Below are positions 49,288-58,870 of a stretch of 64,000 nt of DNA, in pieces. Position 1 is the stretch's first letter, and every line of letters starts with the position of its first letter. The stretch is from Candidatus Woesearchaeota archaeon (GTDB taxonomy: Archaea > Nanobdellota > Nanobdellia > Woesearchaeales > JBJKQO01): positions 16,686 through 80,685 of the forward strand of contig JBJKQO010000008.1 in the NCBI GenBank assembly GCA_046705145.1. Direction: 5' to 3'. A program made the position numbers and the translations under genes. The notes below the pieces were generated by a model that saw only the letters and a list, made by a program, of their open reading frames with translations, was not told the DNA's origin and searched no databases.

Positions 49288-49430
49288 AGGATAGCGTCGT
49301 TGTAGCCCCTCAAAAAGGCCTCTTCCGGGCCTGTTATCTCGTCGTTATCCAGTTTTTCCTCCCAATCTTCTTCAATAATCACCTTTTTTGTATCTTCTTC
49401 AATAAACCTTAGTTCAGTGATACTTATCAT
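49284..49430 (-). CDS. Acidic microprotein (48 aa), not in ORF track
   Basis: MISITELRFIEED...DNDEITGPEEAFLRGYNDAIL*; SD GGAGGGGTGG. Confidence 0.6.
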   Translation of the reverse strand: MISITELRFIEEDTKKVIIEEDWEEKLDNDEITGPEEAFLRGYNDAIL

Positions 49431-49615
49431 TTACCACCCCTCCTTTTTTTTGTAAATAATGAACCGGAGGTTTTTTCCAGTTGGCGAATATTTACCACCC
49501 ATCCCGGAAATATTCCGGTTCCACAATCTTATATTGTCCTTTTTAGATTATATAATTATTGCTTATATTTTATAAATTTTATATAATATTTATAATTTAG
49601 GTATATTTATAAATA

Positions 49616-49633
49616 AATAGAAAAGTTTAAATA
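49616..49633 (+). promoter_or_regulatory. Archaeal BRE-TATA promoter
   Basis: AATAGAAAAGTTTAAATA; near-identical copies at 59457-59476 and 61200-61217. Confidence 0.6.
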
Positions 49634-49678
49634 TTAAACCTTCTGGATAGTCTCTATAACTGATGGAGTGTTGGGGAG

Positions 49679-50602
49679 ATGAAAAGAAAGATTATCCAGA
49701 TAGCAGGAAGCACACAGCTTGTTTCGCTTCCAAGAAAATGGGCGCTTAGCAAAGGCATAAAGAAAGGTGACGAGCTGGACATAAAAGAGGATGGCAACAC
49801 GCTTATCATATCTACTGGTGACTCAAACAAGGAGAACCTAAAAAAAGAGCTTGACATAAGCAAGATCGAGACATATCTCAAATACGTTCTTCAGGGCATG
49901 TACAAGAAAGGATATGATGAGGTGATCCTTTACTTTTCTGATCCAGAGGTCATGACCAAGCTCCAGGAGCTTTTGCACAGGGAAACTATTGGTTATGAGG
50001 TCGTGTTTCAGCAAAAGACCCAGTGCACGATAAGGGCTGTTGCAGGAGGATTTGAGTCGGAATTTGATTCCATGCTAAGGCGTACGTTCAGGCTTCTTAA
50101 CACGATGGCTGAAGGGATAAATGAGATGGTCAGGACAAAAGACCATTCGCTTGCCAAAAGCTTAAGATACATGGAAAGCGACAACAACAAGTATGCCTCT
50201 TTTTGCAGGAGAGTCATCAACAAGAGCGGGATATTTGACCTTAAGAAATCGATACTCATGTATTGCGTGATCGAGAACCTTGAGCAGATAGCAGATGAGT
50301 ACCATTACCTTTGCATATACGTGATGGACAGGCCTTATTGCCTAAATGAGATCGGAAAAGAGGTTGTTGCGCTTTTTGCTGAGCTGACAAAGTACCTCAA
50401 AGACTCTTATGAAGCGTTCTATAACTTCAACATCGACAAGATAACCCCTTACTTTCGGAGAAGAAGAGACATCGTGATGAAAGCTTATGAGGTCGGTGAG
50501 TCAGTAAAAAGCCATCATGAGGTAAGGATTCTTCATTACATCATAAACATCGCGCAGATGATCAACGACCTTTTGAGATACAAGCTGGAGATAGAGCTAT
50601 GA
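49679..50602 (+). CDS. AbrB-PhoU phosphate uptake regulator family protein
   Basis: RKIIQIAGSTQLVSLPRKWA; LEQIADE. Confidence 0.85.
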   Translation: MKRKIIQIAGSTQLVSLPRKWALSKGIKKGDELDIKEDGNTLIISTGDSNKENLKKELDISKIETYLKYVLQGMYKKGYDEVILYFSDPEVMTKLQELLHRETIGYEVVFQQKTQCTIRAVAGGFESEFDSMLRRTFRLLNTMAEGINEMVRTKDHSLAKSLRYMESDNNKYASFCRRVINKSGIFDLKKSILMYCVIENLEQIADEYHYLCIYVMDRPYCLNEIGKEVVALFAELTKYLKDSYEAFYNFNIDKITPYFRRRRDIVMKAYEVGESVKSHHEVRILHYIINIAQMINDLLRYKLEIEL

Positions 50603-50820
50603 GCGAGAAAATAGATATCTGCGTCACGACCAATTCAGGAAGAAGCGAGATCGGTGAATACGACAAGCAGAAGAGTGCTGTCATGGTGTATGTAAAGTCA
50701 CTTCCTGAATCCGGAAAAGCGAACATGGAAGTGATAAGGCTTTTTTCAAAAAAGTACAAGAAAGACGTTAAGATAATCAAAGGTGCGACGTCCAGAAAAA
50801 AGAGCTTGTCAATCGGATAA
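50599..50820 (+). CDS. DUF167/YggU family protein
   Basis: PESGKAN, IIKGATSRKK. Confidence 0.85.
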   Translation: MSEKIDICVTTNSGRSEIGEYDKQKSAVMVYVKSLPESGKANMEVIRLFSKKYKKDVKIIKGATSRKKSLSIG

Positions 50821-50873
50821 TTTTCAGGTTTTTTTTAGAACAATTTATTAAGCCTTGATCACGTATAAGTATC

Positions 50874-51089
50874 ATGTCATTCATAACGCTTATTACAGTG
50901 GAAGGTGATCAGATATCTGTTGTCAGGGGGCACTACAGGAAGATAATGGAGATACTTAAGGGAAGCGAGATAGTCTTTGACTCAACAAAGAAATACCTTG
51001 ATGCAGGATACATCCTTATAGACAGGAACCTGGGGCTTGTCCTAAACGAGCAGTGCGCATTTGACATAAACGATATCAAGATGGGATAA
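50874..51089 (+). CDS. Hypothetical protein
   Basis: 71-aa ORF with host-like codon usage. Confidence 0.6.
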   Translation: MSFITLITVEGDQISVVRGHYRKIMEILKGSEIVFDSTKKYLDAGYILIDRNLGLVLNEQCAFDINDIKMG

Positions 51090-51155
51090 TAGTACTTGTG
51101 AGATGCTATGAGAAAAATTGTTTTAGCTTTAGGATACTAAGCGTACCCCCATTCA

Positions 51156-51364
51156 GGCACTGTTGAAATTCTCAGCTATCGCTTCGGGTAGCATCAGGCT
51201 CGGCTGTATTTCTTTAAGTGGAAGTATCGCTAAAGCCCCGGATGGGGTATCGCCAAACAAGTTTGGCGGACTTGCGAACAAGTTCGCAAGCATCCCCCTT
51301 AGCTCAGATCTCGTTTAACAGAAGAGCCTCGCAAATTGATGCTACCTAAAATTTCAACAGTGCC
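51156..51364. mobile_element. MITE-like element (209 bp)
   Basis: Perfect 15-bp TIR GGCACTGTTGAAATT; inner IR GGTAGCATCA/TGATGCTACC; tandem hairpins. Confidence 0.75.
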
Positions 51365-51476
51365 CATAATTCAGTTAAATTTATAAACAAAAGCGCATAC
51401 ATTATACTTATCAGGGGGATTATTGATGAGATATCCGACAAAAAGCGTAATCATAGGACGGAAGAAAAGGGAGAAT

Positions 51477-51716
51477 ATGGCTAATGAAGGTAGGCCGTGC
51501 TTTTTTGCTTTCTATAGCATGAACAAGCCTCAGACAAGCGGGAAGGTGCCTGATAAGATAGTCGATTTTGAAGACGTCCATAAGGTGATAATCAAGGCAC
51601 TTGACATAAGCTACCTTCTTGAGGGAAATGACCTTGTCATAAACAATCTAGAGTATCTTGAAATTGCAAATGACGGCGGCCACCTGATTGTTACAGGAAA
51701 ACAGAAGGAAGAGTGA
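51477..51716 (+). CDS. Hypothetical protein
   Basis: Likely start MANEG after GGGAGA SD. Confidence 0.6.
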   Translation: MANEGRPCFFAFYSMNKPQTSGKVPDKIVDFEDVHKVIIKALDISYLLEGNDLVINNLEYLEIANDGGHLIVTGKQKEE

Positions 51717-51790
51717 TACTGCTAATTCTGGATTCTGCACACACCTCAGAAACAAAAACTAATAAATACTAAATGCTTTTTATCAGCACT

Positions 51791-52465
51791 ATGAAAGGCA
51801 AACTGATAGTTATAGACGGGACAGATGGCTCGGGCAAGGCTACCCAGGCAGGGATACTGATAGAAGGCCTCAGGAAGAAAGGGCTTTCTGTCGTCAAGGC
51901 GGACTTCCCGGTATATGATTCTTTTTTCGGAAAGCTTGCCGCAAAGTACCTTAACGGGGAGTTTGGCACAGCAGACCAGGTAAGCCCGTATCTTGCTTCC
52001 CTCATCTTCGCCCTTGACAGGTGGGAAGCATCATCAGATATGAAAAAAGCCCTTGATGAAGGGAGCATAATCATCGCTAACAGGTATGTCTCTTCAAATA
52101 TTGGCCATCAGGCAGGAAAGATAAAAGATAAGGCCAAAAGAAAGGAGTTTGTGAAGTGGATTGAGGGGCTTGAATATGGGGAATTTGGCATACCTAGGCC
52201 CGACCTTAACATCCTCCTATATGTCCCTTATGATATTGGGCAGAAGCTTGTTGACCGGAAGGAGAAAAGGGATTATACTGACATGAAACGTGACATACAT
52301 GAGGGGGATGCTTCTCACTTGAAGGATGCTGAATGCTCGTTTCTTGAGGTTGCAAAAGAAAAAGGGTGGGTGATAATTGACTGCGTGCGTGACGGAAAGC
52401 TCATGCAGATCGAGGAGATATCATCTATTGTGAAAAGAACAGTTGAGGAGAAACTGGGCATATGA
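51791..52465 (+). CDS. tmk: Thymidylate kinase
   Basis: IVIDGTDGSGKATQ, FALDR, NRYVSS, PRPDL. Confidence 0.9.
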   Translation: MKGKLIVIDGTDGSGKATQAGILIEGLRKKGLSVVKADFPVYDSFFGKLAAKYLNGEFGTADQVSPYLASLIFALDRWEASSDMKKALDEGSIIIANRYVSSNIGHQAGKIKDKAKRKEFVKWIEGLEYGEFGIPRPDLNILLYVPYDIGQKLVDRKEKRDYTDMKRDIHEGDASHLKDAECSFLEVAKEKGWVIIDCVRDGKLMQIEEISSIVKRTVEEKLGI

Positions 52466-53136
52466 CTGGAGAGAAAGACGAAGAGGTCTATGTGAAGATC
52501 TCAAGCGAAAAAGAGGTCTTAGGCACGTTTAACAATCCTGAGTTTAAGATGCTTAGGGGAGCCACCTCATTTTTTAGGAATGATAACCTTTTCAAGCCGC
52601 TTATCGAGACAATAATACCTTCTTTTCGCGGAAAAAATGTGAATGTCTGGAGTGCAGGCTGCTCGTCAGGAAAAGAGGCATATTCTGTTGCCATGGCTTT
52701 TCTTATAGATGATCCTGGTTCAAGAAAAGATGTGAAGATATATGCCACAGACATAAACAAGGAAGTGATATCAGAAGCAAAGGCCGGAAGCTACCTTTTC
52801 TCAGCAAAGGACGAGGCTTCTTTTGGCACTTTTTGGGAAGGCTTTGCTAAAAGGGATGGCAAGAACATAGTGTTCAACCCTGAAATAAAAAATATGATAC
52901 GGTTCAGCATCACAAACATATTTGATTCTGATCAGCTTCCAGGTATGGATATCATAATCTGCAACCACGTGCTCCAGTACTACGATGATGACATGCAGTT
53001 CAAGGTGATATCAAAGCTTGCAGAAAAACTTGATCCTGGGGGGTTCATATACATCGACATAATGTCTCCGAGGCTTAAGAAGATGCCTCTGAAAAAGGCG
53101 TTTGAAAAAGGGATTTTCTGGTATGTGAAATGCTGA
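52462..53136 (+). CDS. CheR-like SAM methyltransferase
   Basis: TSFFRN, VWSAGCSSGKEAYS, ATDI, DIIICNHVLQY. Confidence 0.85.
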   Translation: MTGEKDEEVYVKISSEKEVLGTFNNPEFKMLRGATSFFRNDNLFKPLIETIIPSFRGKNVNVWSAGCSSGKEAYSVAMAFLIDDPGSRKDVKIYATDINKEVISEAKAGSYLFSAKDEASFGTFWEGFAKRDGKNIVFNPEIKNMIRFSITNIFDSDQLPGMDIIICNHVLQYYDDDMQFKVISKLAEKLDPGGFIYIDIMSPRLKKMPLKKAFEKGIFWYVKC

Positions 53137-53162
53137 TCATTTTTTGGGTAGTTAGCGATGCG

Positions 53163-53975
53163 TTATAGATAAGATGCACTAATTTTAGATACTAAATTTC
53201 CGCATAGGTATACCATAGAAAGGATAAGGACAATTATGGGTCCTGTAGCAAAGTTCAGGTAGTATGAGGCAAAAAGCCCTGAAACGCTTGCAAATAAAGT
53301 GATCATTGAAGAGGTTATCATTATATTCTTGACTGTTTTATGAAACAGTTGGGCAGTTGCAGCAGGAATTGTCAGGATAGCTATCATAAGGACTATTCCA
53401 ACAACCCTTATTGTGGCGATGATGGTCAATGCGATAAGGCAAAAAAGTATCATGTTTACTAAAGTGACAGGCATGTTTCTTGTTTGAGCATATTCTTCAT
53501 CAAATATAGTAACAAGAAACGAATTATACATCAGATAGACGATCATAATGATTATGATGTCTAATAAAAGGATCATGAAAATGTCGGATCTGGACACTAA
53601 GAGGATGTTTCCGAAAAGGTATGTGAACAAATCTGTCGCATAGCCTGGTGTTAAAAAAATAAACACCAACCCTATTGCCATCCCTGTTGCCCATAAGAAA
53701 CTTAACAGTGTGTCAAGCCTTTCTCTGACATTTTTCCTGAACAAGGCGATGCTAACTGCGGATATCAGGCTGAATATTACCCCTCCAAAATAAGGATTTG
53801 CATTAAGAAAGTAGCTGATACCTAACCCACCAAATGCGGCATGCGCTATGCTTCCTGATATCAGGGACATCCTCTTTACTACTATATATGTTCCGATAAT
53901 CCCTGCTGCAATTGATGCAAGGACTGCAACGATCAAAGCATTCCGGAAAAACTGATAGCTAAGAACTTCAAGCAT
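53163..53975 (-). CDS. znuB: Zn/Mn ABC transporter permease
   Basis: IAHAAFGG, YLFGNIL, VVGIVL. Confidence 0.9.
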   Translation of the reverse strand: MLEVLSYQFFRNALIVAVLASIAAGIIGTYIVVKRMSLISGSIAHAAFGGLGISYFLNANPYFGGVIFSLISAVSIALFRKNVRERLDTLLSFLWATGMAIGLVFIFLTPGYATDLFTYLFGNILLVSRSDIFMILLLDIIIIMIVYLMYNSFLVTIFDEEYAQTRNMPVTLVNMILFCLIALTIIATIRVVGIVLMIAILTIPAATAQLFHKTVKNIMITSSMITLFASVSGLFASYYLNFATGPIIVLILSMVYLCGNLVSKISASYL

Positions 53976-54672
53976 TGCACATCTCCCTCATCTTCAATGA
54001 GTCAGCATCATGATATCTGATGGCATGCGTATTGCATTTATTGACACATACAACCTCTGTGGCATATTTTGACACCATTTCAAGATCATGGTCTACTATG
54101 ACTATAGCTATTTTCTTGTTCAGTTCTTTTAGAATCTTGTAAAATTCTTCCTGGATGTGGATATCAAGATTTGTCATCGGCTCATCTAATAGCAAAACTT
54201 TTGGTTCATTTGCAATGGCCCTTGCGACAAATACTCTTTGTTTTTCACCACCTGATAGCTCATTCAGTTTCTTGTCTTTAAGGTTCCAGATGCCTAATCT
54301 TTTCATTGCATCTTTTGCAGCATCTTTATCTGATTTTAGGTTCCTTTTCATAATTTTTTCACCAACCCTGCTAAGAAGTACGATCTCATATGCGGTTATC
54401 GGAAATTCAAAATCAATATTCTTGAACTGGGATAGGTACCCAATGCCCTTGCGTGCTTCTTTTGGGGATTTCCCAAACACCCGGACTTTTCCTTTTTTTG
54501 GTTGGATCAGTCCAAGCATCAGCTTTAGAAGCGTTGTTTTTCCTCCTCCATTCGGGCCTATGATCCCAAGAAAATCATCTCCATATACTGAAAGGCTGAT
54601 ATCTCTTAAAAATTCATCTTTTCCATAGCTAAATGACACCTTTTCTAGCCGAATTATCTCTTTTCTATCCAT
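53968..54672 (-). CDS. znuC: Zn/Mn ABC transporter ATPase
   Basis: GPNGGGKT, LSGGEKQR, LLLDEP. Confidence 0.92.
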   Translation of the reverse strand: MDRKEIIRLEKVSFSYGKDEFLRDISLSVYGDDFLGIIGPNGGGKTTLLKLMLGLIQPKKGKVRVFGKSPKEARKGIGYLSQFKNIDFEFPITAYEIVLLSRVGEKIMKRNLKSDKDAAKDAMKRLGIWNLKDKKLNELSGGEKQRVFVARAIANEPKVLLLDEPMTNLDIHIQEEFYKILKELNKKIAIVIVDHDLEMVSKYATEVVCVNKCNTHAIRYHDADSLKMREMCNA

Positions 54673-54691
54673 TTTCTAGTTGGGATAAACA

Positions 54692-55603
54692 TCATCCATT
54701 TAAGCTTTCTGCGATTGTTGTAGCGACATTCCGGAGGTTGTTGATATAATCTTCGGAGAGGGGATCGATTGTAACAATCACTGCTCCTACCTGCTCAGCG
54801 ATAGATTCAGCAATCTCCTTATTGAATTGGGACTGGACAAAGATCACTTTTATCTGTTCTTCTTTTGCTTTCTCGATCAATTGCTGCAACTGTTCTGCTG
54901 TAGGCTCTTTTCCTGATTCTTCTATCGCTATCTGTTCCAGGCCGAATTCATCTGCAAAATAGCCCCAAGCCGGATGGAACACCATAAGCTTGTCAGTCTT
55001 AAGGCTCATAAATTCTGTCTGTATCTCTGCATGAAGCTCATCAAGTTGAGATTTATAATTTTCAGCATTTTCCTTATAAAAACCTGCATTCTGAGGATCT
55101 TTTTGTGATAAGGATTGTGCAATAACATCAATCTGTTTTTTTACTTGTGTTGGTGAGAGCCAAATGTGGGGGTCTATGCCTTCATGATGGTGCTCATCTT
55201 CTATACTTCCCTCCTCGGAAGGATTCTCTTCTTCTTCAAAATACCTAAGCTTCACATTAGCAGAGGTATCTATTATTTCCATATTGGGATTCAAGCCCGC
55301 AAACTTTTCGGCATGGGACTTTTCAAATGGGATGTAGCCTATCCTAAAATAGATATCTGCTTTCTCAACAAGAGCTAAATCACCAGGGTTTGGCTCGTAT
55401 GATTCGGGGCTTCCTCCCGGAGGGATAAGTTCTTTTACATTTACTTTATCCTTTCCTACTGCTTCTACAAAAGCTTTTTGTGGAAGGATACTGACGATCA
55501 CATTGATCTTTTGGTTGTCTTGTTCATGTGAATCTGTTTTGCAGCCTGTCAAGAATAATGCTAAAATAACAGCAAATATAACTAGTAAATTTTTGATTTT
55601 CAT
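54692..55603 (-). CDS. znuA: Zn ABC transporter substrate-binding lipoprotein
   Basis: LTGC lipobox, His-rich loop, DPHIWLSP, HPAWGY. Confidence 0.9.
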   Translation of the reverse strand: MKIKNLLVIFAVILALFLTGCKTDSHEQDNQKINVIVSILPQKAFVEAVGKDKVNVKELIPPGGSPESYEPNPGDLALVEKADIYFRIGYIPFEKSHAEKFAGLNPNMEIIDTSANVKLRYFEEEENPSEEGSIEDEHHHEGIDPHIWLSPTQVKKQIDVIAQSLSQKDPQNAGFYKENAENYKSQLDELHAEIQTEFMSLKTDKLMVFHPAWGYFADEFGLEQIAIEESGKEPTAEQLQQLIEKAKEEQIKVIFVQSQFNKEIAESIAEQVGAVIVTIDPLSEDYINNLRNVATTIAESLNG

Positions 55604-55668
55604 TATTATCACCCCCTGTATAGTTAAACCAAAATCTTTATAAATGTTACTGATTCTCATTCTCAATA

Positions 55669-56040
55669 ATGATGAAGACAAGAAATACGAAACAAAAGGA
55701 AACCCTTAACAAAGAGATAAGCAAGTTCAAGACCTTTTTTACGGCCGAGGACCTATATGAGAATATTAAGGTTACTGATAAGAGTATAGGCTTGGCAACA
55801 GTCTATAGGTTTCTTAAAAATCTTAGGAAAGACGGAGAGATATTTTCATATACCTGTGATGGCAGGTTGGTATATTCAAAAGATAATAAGAGCCACTGCC
55901 ATTTTGTCTGCGAAGAGACAGGTAAGGTGATACATTTTAGCATCAGTTCATTGGATTTTCTTAAAGACAAGATTCCAGGATCGATAACGAGCTTTCAGAT
56001 CGAGATAAGGGGGATCTGCGATAAATGCTCAAAAAGTTGA
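55669..56040 (+). CDS. Fur/Zur family regulator
   Basis: GLATVYRFL, HCHFVC, GICDKC; divergent from znuA. Confidence 0.88.
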   Translation: MMKTRNTKQKETLNKEISKFKTFFTAEDLYENIKVTDKSIGLATVYRFLKNLRKDGEIFSYTCDGRLVYSKDNKSHCHFVCEETGKVIHFSISSLDFLKDKIPGSITSFQIEIRGICDKCSKS

Positions 56041-56120
56041 GTTAGGTTATTGTGCTGCCTTCAGTAGACTTAACTTTAGAAACCTTTTTAAAGCAACTTT
56101 GTTTTTCTCACTTTTTGCAT

Positions 56121-56217
56121 GGGTTCATAGCTCAGCTGGTAGAGCATCCGGCTCTTAAGCCCTTCTTATGGGCGTGAAGAAACCGGAAGGTCGCGGGTTC
56201 GAACCCCGTTGGACCCA
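56121..56217 (+). tRNA. tRNA-Lys(CTT) with canonical anticodon-loop intron
   Basis: GGGTTCA/TGGACCC-A; TCCGG-CTCTTA..A-CCGGA; GTTCGAAC. Confidence 0.88.
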
Positions 56218-56299
56218 TTTTTTTCTCAAATTCGTAGAATTTGATTTTTTCACCAGTCTGTTTACTGATGGTGTATTCTATATCCTCTCCTGACCCATC

Positions 56300-56590
56300 T
56301 TATCTTTTCTTGTTTTTCTTATTATGCCTTTGATGATATGATATGCTTCCCGCGAACAATCCTATGATGAATATGAGTGAAGCGATTGCATCATGGGTGT
56401 AGTCTTTAAATCCTGCAAATATTGAGGATACGAGGAGTGCAGCAATGATCATGAGGCAGGTGATGATACCCCATCTGAAGTATCTCATGCCTGCTTTTAG
56501 CTCTTCTTTTGTGATTGACGCTATTAGGTAGCCTGAAGGGGTTCCAAGAAGCGCGATGCAGTATGCGAGTGCTGTACTCAGTATTTCCAT
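56300..56590 (-). CDS. Small membrane protein
   Basis: Three hydrophobic segments; TKEELKAG. Confidence 0.6.
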   Translation of the reverse strand: MEILSTALAYCIALLGTPSGYLIASITKEELKAGMRYFRWGIITCLMIIAALLVSSIFAGFKDYTHDAIASLIFIIGLFAGSISYHQRHNKKNKKR

Positions 56591-56832
56591 TCGGAATGCC
56601 CCCACTGTATGAGAAGGTCAACACCCAGTTTTTCCAGGTTTTGTGGGATGTCGCATGCTCCGAAGCAGGATCCTGTCCATATCAGCACGTCTGCTTTGGT
56701 GCTTTTCTCTATAGCGTCAGTTATCTCTTTTGCTTTTGGCTTTAGCCCTTCAGGAAGCTGTATACAGACAAGTTTTGCTTTTGCCTTTTTGACTTCCTCA
56801 ATCGCTTTTTCGAACTCCAAATCAAATTCCAT
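56578..56832 (-). CDS. Diphthamide synthesis Dph2, N-terminal domain only
   Basis: IQLPEGLK, SCFGACD, IQWGHS; only 84 aa. Confidence 0.85.
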   Translation of the reverse strand: MEFDLEFEKAIEEVKKAKAKLVCIQLPEGLKPKAKEITDAIEKSTKADVLIWTGSCFGACDIPQNLEKLGVDLLIQWGHSEWKY

Positions 56833-56964
56833 AAGGCTGAAAAGAAGAGAGAGCTATAAAAACATTTTGTTTTAGGCATATTGTATCCTCTAACTTAGAA
56901 AAATTTATATATCAGTTATGAATATATATTCATAATAAAGGAAAAAAATTGAGGGGTGATAGAT

Positions 56965-57189
56965 ATGCCTGGGATGGATAAGATGGGTCCTGAAGGAAAA
57001 GGTCCTATGACTGGAAGAGGGCTTGGCCCTTGTGGTAGGGGGCTTGCTTTTAGGAGAGGGTTTGGAAGAAGGATGATGGCAAGATCTGTGCATAGGGCGC
57101 AGGACATAAGCCTGACAAAGGAAGAGCAGAGAAAGGTGCTTGAAGCGCAAAAAGAAGAGATCGAAGAAAGACTAAACGAGCTAGCATGA
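56965..57189 (+). CDS. DUF5320 family protein
   Basis: MPGMDKMGPEGKGPMTGRGLGPC. Confidence 0.85.
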   Translation: MPGMDKMGPEGKGPMTGRGLGPCGRGLAFRRGFGRRMMARSVHRAQDISLTKEEQRKVLEAQKEEIEERLNELA

Positions 57190-57620
57190 AATCAGAGAAA
57201 AAAGACAGGTTAAGGGAAGCTGTAAGGAAGTCATCAAATGCGATGTTTAAGAGCCTGCCGACAGTGCTTGGAGCTATACTTCTTGTAAGCATAGTGGGTG
57301 CGCTGATACCAAGGTCATGGTACGCTTCCATATTTTCAGGAAATTACTTCATAGACCCTTTGGTCGGAAGCCTGGCAGGGAGCGTTTTGGCAGGCAATCC
57401 TGTCACAAGCTATGTGTTGGGGGGTGAGATGCTCAATCAGGGAGCAAGCCTGATTGCAGTGACAGCTTTTATCATAGCATGGGTCACTGTCGGTGTGGTC
57501 CAGCTTCCTGCAGAAGCGATAATACTGGGCAAAAGGTTTGCAGTCGCAAGAAACATCTCAAGTTTTTTTCTTTCTATCCTTGTCGCTTTGCTGACTGTCC
57601 TCATATTAGGGGTGGTATAG
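57186..57620 (+). CDS. Permease half (DUF318-like)
   Basis: AGNPVTSY, AWVTVGVVQLPAE. Confidence 0.75.
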   Translation: MKSEKKDRLREAVRKSSNAMFKSLPTVLGAILLVSIVGALIPRSWYASIFSGNYFIDPLVGSLAGSVLAGNPVTSYVLGGEMLNQGASLIAVTAFIIAWVTVGVVQLPAEAIILGKRFAVARNISSFFLSILVALLTVLILGVV

Positions 57621-58136
57621 GTGAAGCTTTTCAGGAAGACTGAGCAGGGCAGGGCAGGATGGATATTCCTGTCTTTTTCAGTCATATTGTTTGCGGTTGT
57701 TAGCGTGATTAAGCAGGGATCTTCCTTGAAGATATTGGCCTTTGCTTGGGGTATAATGAATAATATCGCGTGGGTATTTATCCTTGTATTTGTTTTTATG
57801 GTGCTGACCAACTACGTTTTTAGGGATGAAAAGCTTGTCAGGATTCTTGCAGATACTAGAAGCGTCAAGTCATGGATCGTCGCGATAGTCACAGGGATAT
57901 TGTCTTCAGGCCCGATATATATGTGGTATCCTCTGCTTGATGATCTTAAGAAGAAAGGGATAAGTAGCGGGCTTATCGCAACTTTTCTTTACAATAGGGC
58001 AGTCAAGATACCCCTGATTCCTGTGATGATAGTTTATTTTGGGGTCAAGTATGTTGTCGTTCTTGCAGGCGTGATGATATTTGCATCAGTCTTGCAGGGG
58101 CTGATCATAGAAAAGATATGTGGGGTGAGAACATGA
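57621..58136 (+). CDS. Permease half (DUF318-like)
   Basis: SSGPIYMWYPLL, FLYNRAVKIP. Confidence 0.75.
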   Translation: MKLFRKTEQGRAGWIFLSFSVILFAVVSVIKQGSSLKILAFAWGIMNNIAWVFILVFVFMVLTNYVFRDEKLVRILADTRSVKSWIVAIVTGILSSGPIYMWYPLLDDLKKKGISSGLIATFLYNRAVKIPLIPVMIVYFGVKYVVVLAGVMIFASVLQGLIIEKICGVRT

Positions 58137-58435
58137 GGGTTGCTGTAGCGTCTGAAGGTAAGGATGAGAGCTCGAAAGTGAGTGAGGTCAGCGGAAGAGC
58201 AGCTTATTATCTGCTGTTTGATGATGGCAAGCTAAATAAGGTCATAAGAAATCCTTTTGCAGTGGGAGGGGGAGGGTCTGGCCTAAGTGTTGTCAGGATG
58301 CTTGAGAATGAGGATGTTGATAAGGTCATAAGTGGCAGGTTCGGGCCTAAGATGAAAGAAGCGCTTGAGTCTGCGAAAATAGGGTATGTGGAGACAAAAG
58401 AAGAAAAGGTTGCTGAAGTCTTGAGGGATGTATGA
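58133..58435 (+). CDS. NifB/NifX family protein
   Basis: RVAVAS, SGRAAYY, NPF, GRFGP. Confidence 0.8.
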   Translation: MRVAVASEGKDESSKVSEVSGRAAYYLLFDDGKLNKVIRNPFAVGGGGSGLSVVRMLENEDVDKVISGRFGPKMKEALESAKIGYVETKEEKVAEVLRDV

Positions 58436-58441
58436 GAGGAG

Positions 58442-58870
58442 ATGTATATGCCAAGGCCTATGAGGTTTCGAAGGATTGATAGGGAGCCTGGTACCACCTA
58501 TTTTAAGCCTGCTGGGATACCCAGATCAAGTTTGGGTGAGGTTGTGATAAGCTTTGAGGAGTATGAGGCAGTCCGGCTCAAAGATCTTGTTGGTCTAGAG
58601 CAGTCTGAAGCTGCTGATAAGATGAGCATATCCCAGCCGACATTCCACCGTCTTATCAGGTGCGCAAGGAACAAGATTGCGGATGCAATAATAAATGGCA
58701 AGGCAATAAAGATAGAAGGTGGAGCTTACATGGTGAGAAGTAATACAAGCCATGTAAAAGGTTATTGCATATGTGTCAGTTGTGGATATAAGGAAAAAAA
58801 GGAAAGATCGGTTCCATGCTCAGGCAAAAGATGTCCTGGTTGCGGAGCTTATATGATGAGAGGTGATTGA
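58442..58870 (+). CDS. DUF134 DNA-binding protein with C-terminal Zn finger
   Basis: MPRP, FKPAG, EEYEAVRLKD, ISQPTF. Confidence 0.9.
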   Translation: MYMPRPMRFRRIDREPGTTYFKPAGIPRSSLGEVVISFEEYEAVRLKDLVGLEQSEAADKMSISQPTFHRLIRCARNKIADAIINGKAIKIEGGAYMVRSNTSHVKGYCICVSCGYKEKKERSVPCSGKRCPGCGAYMMRGD

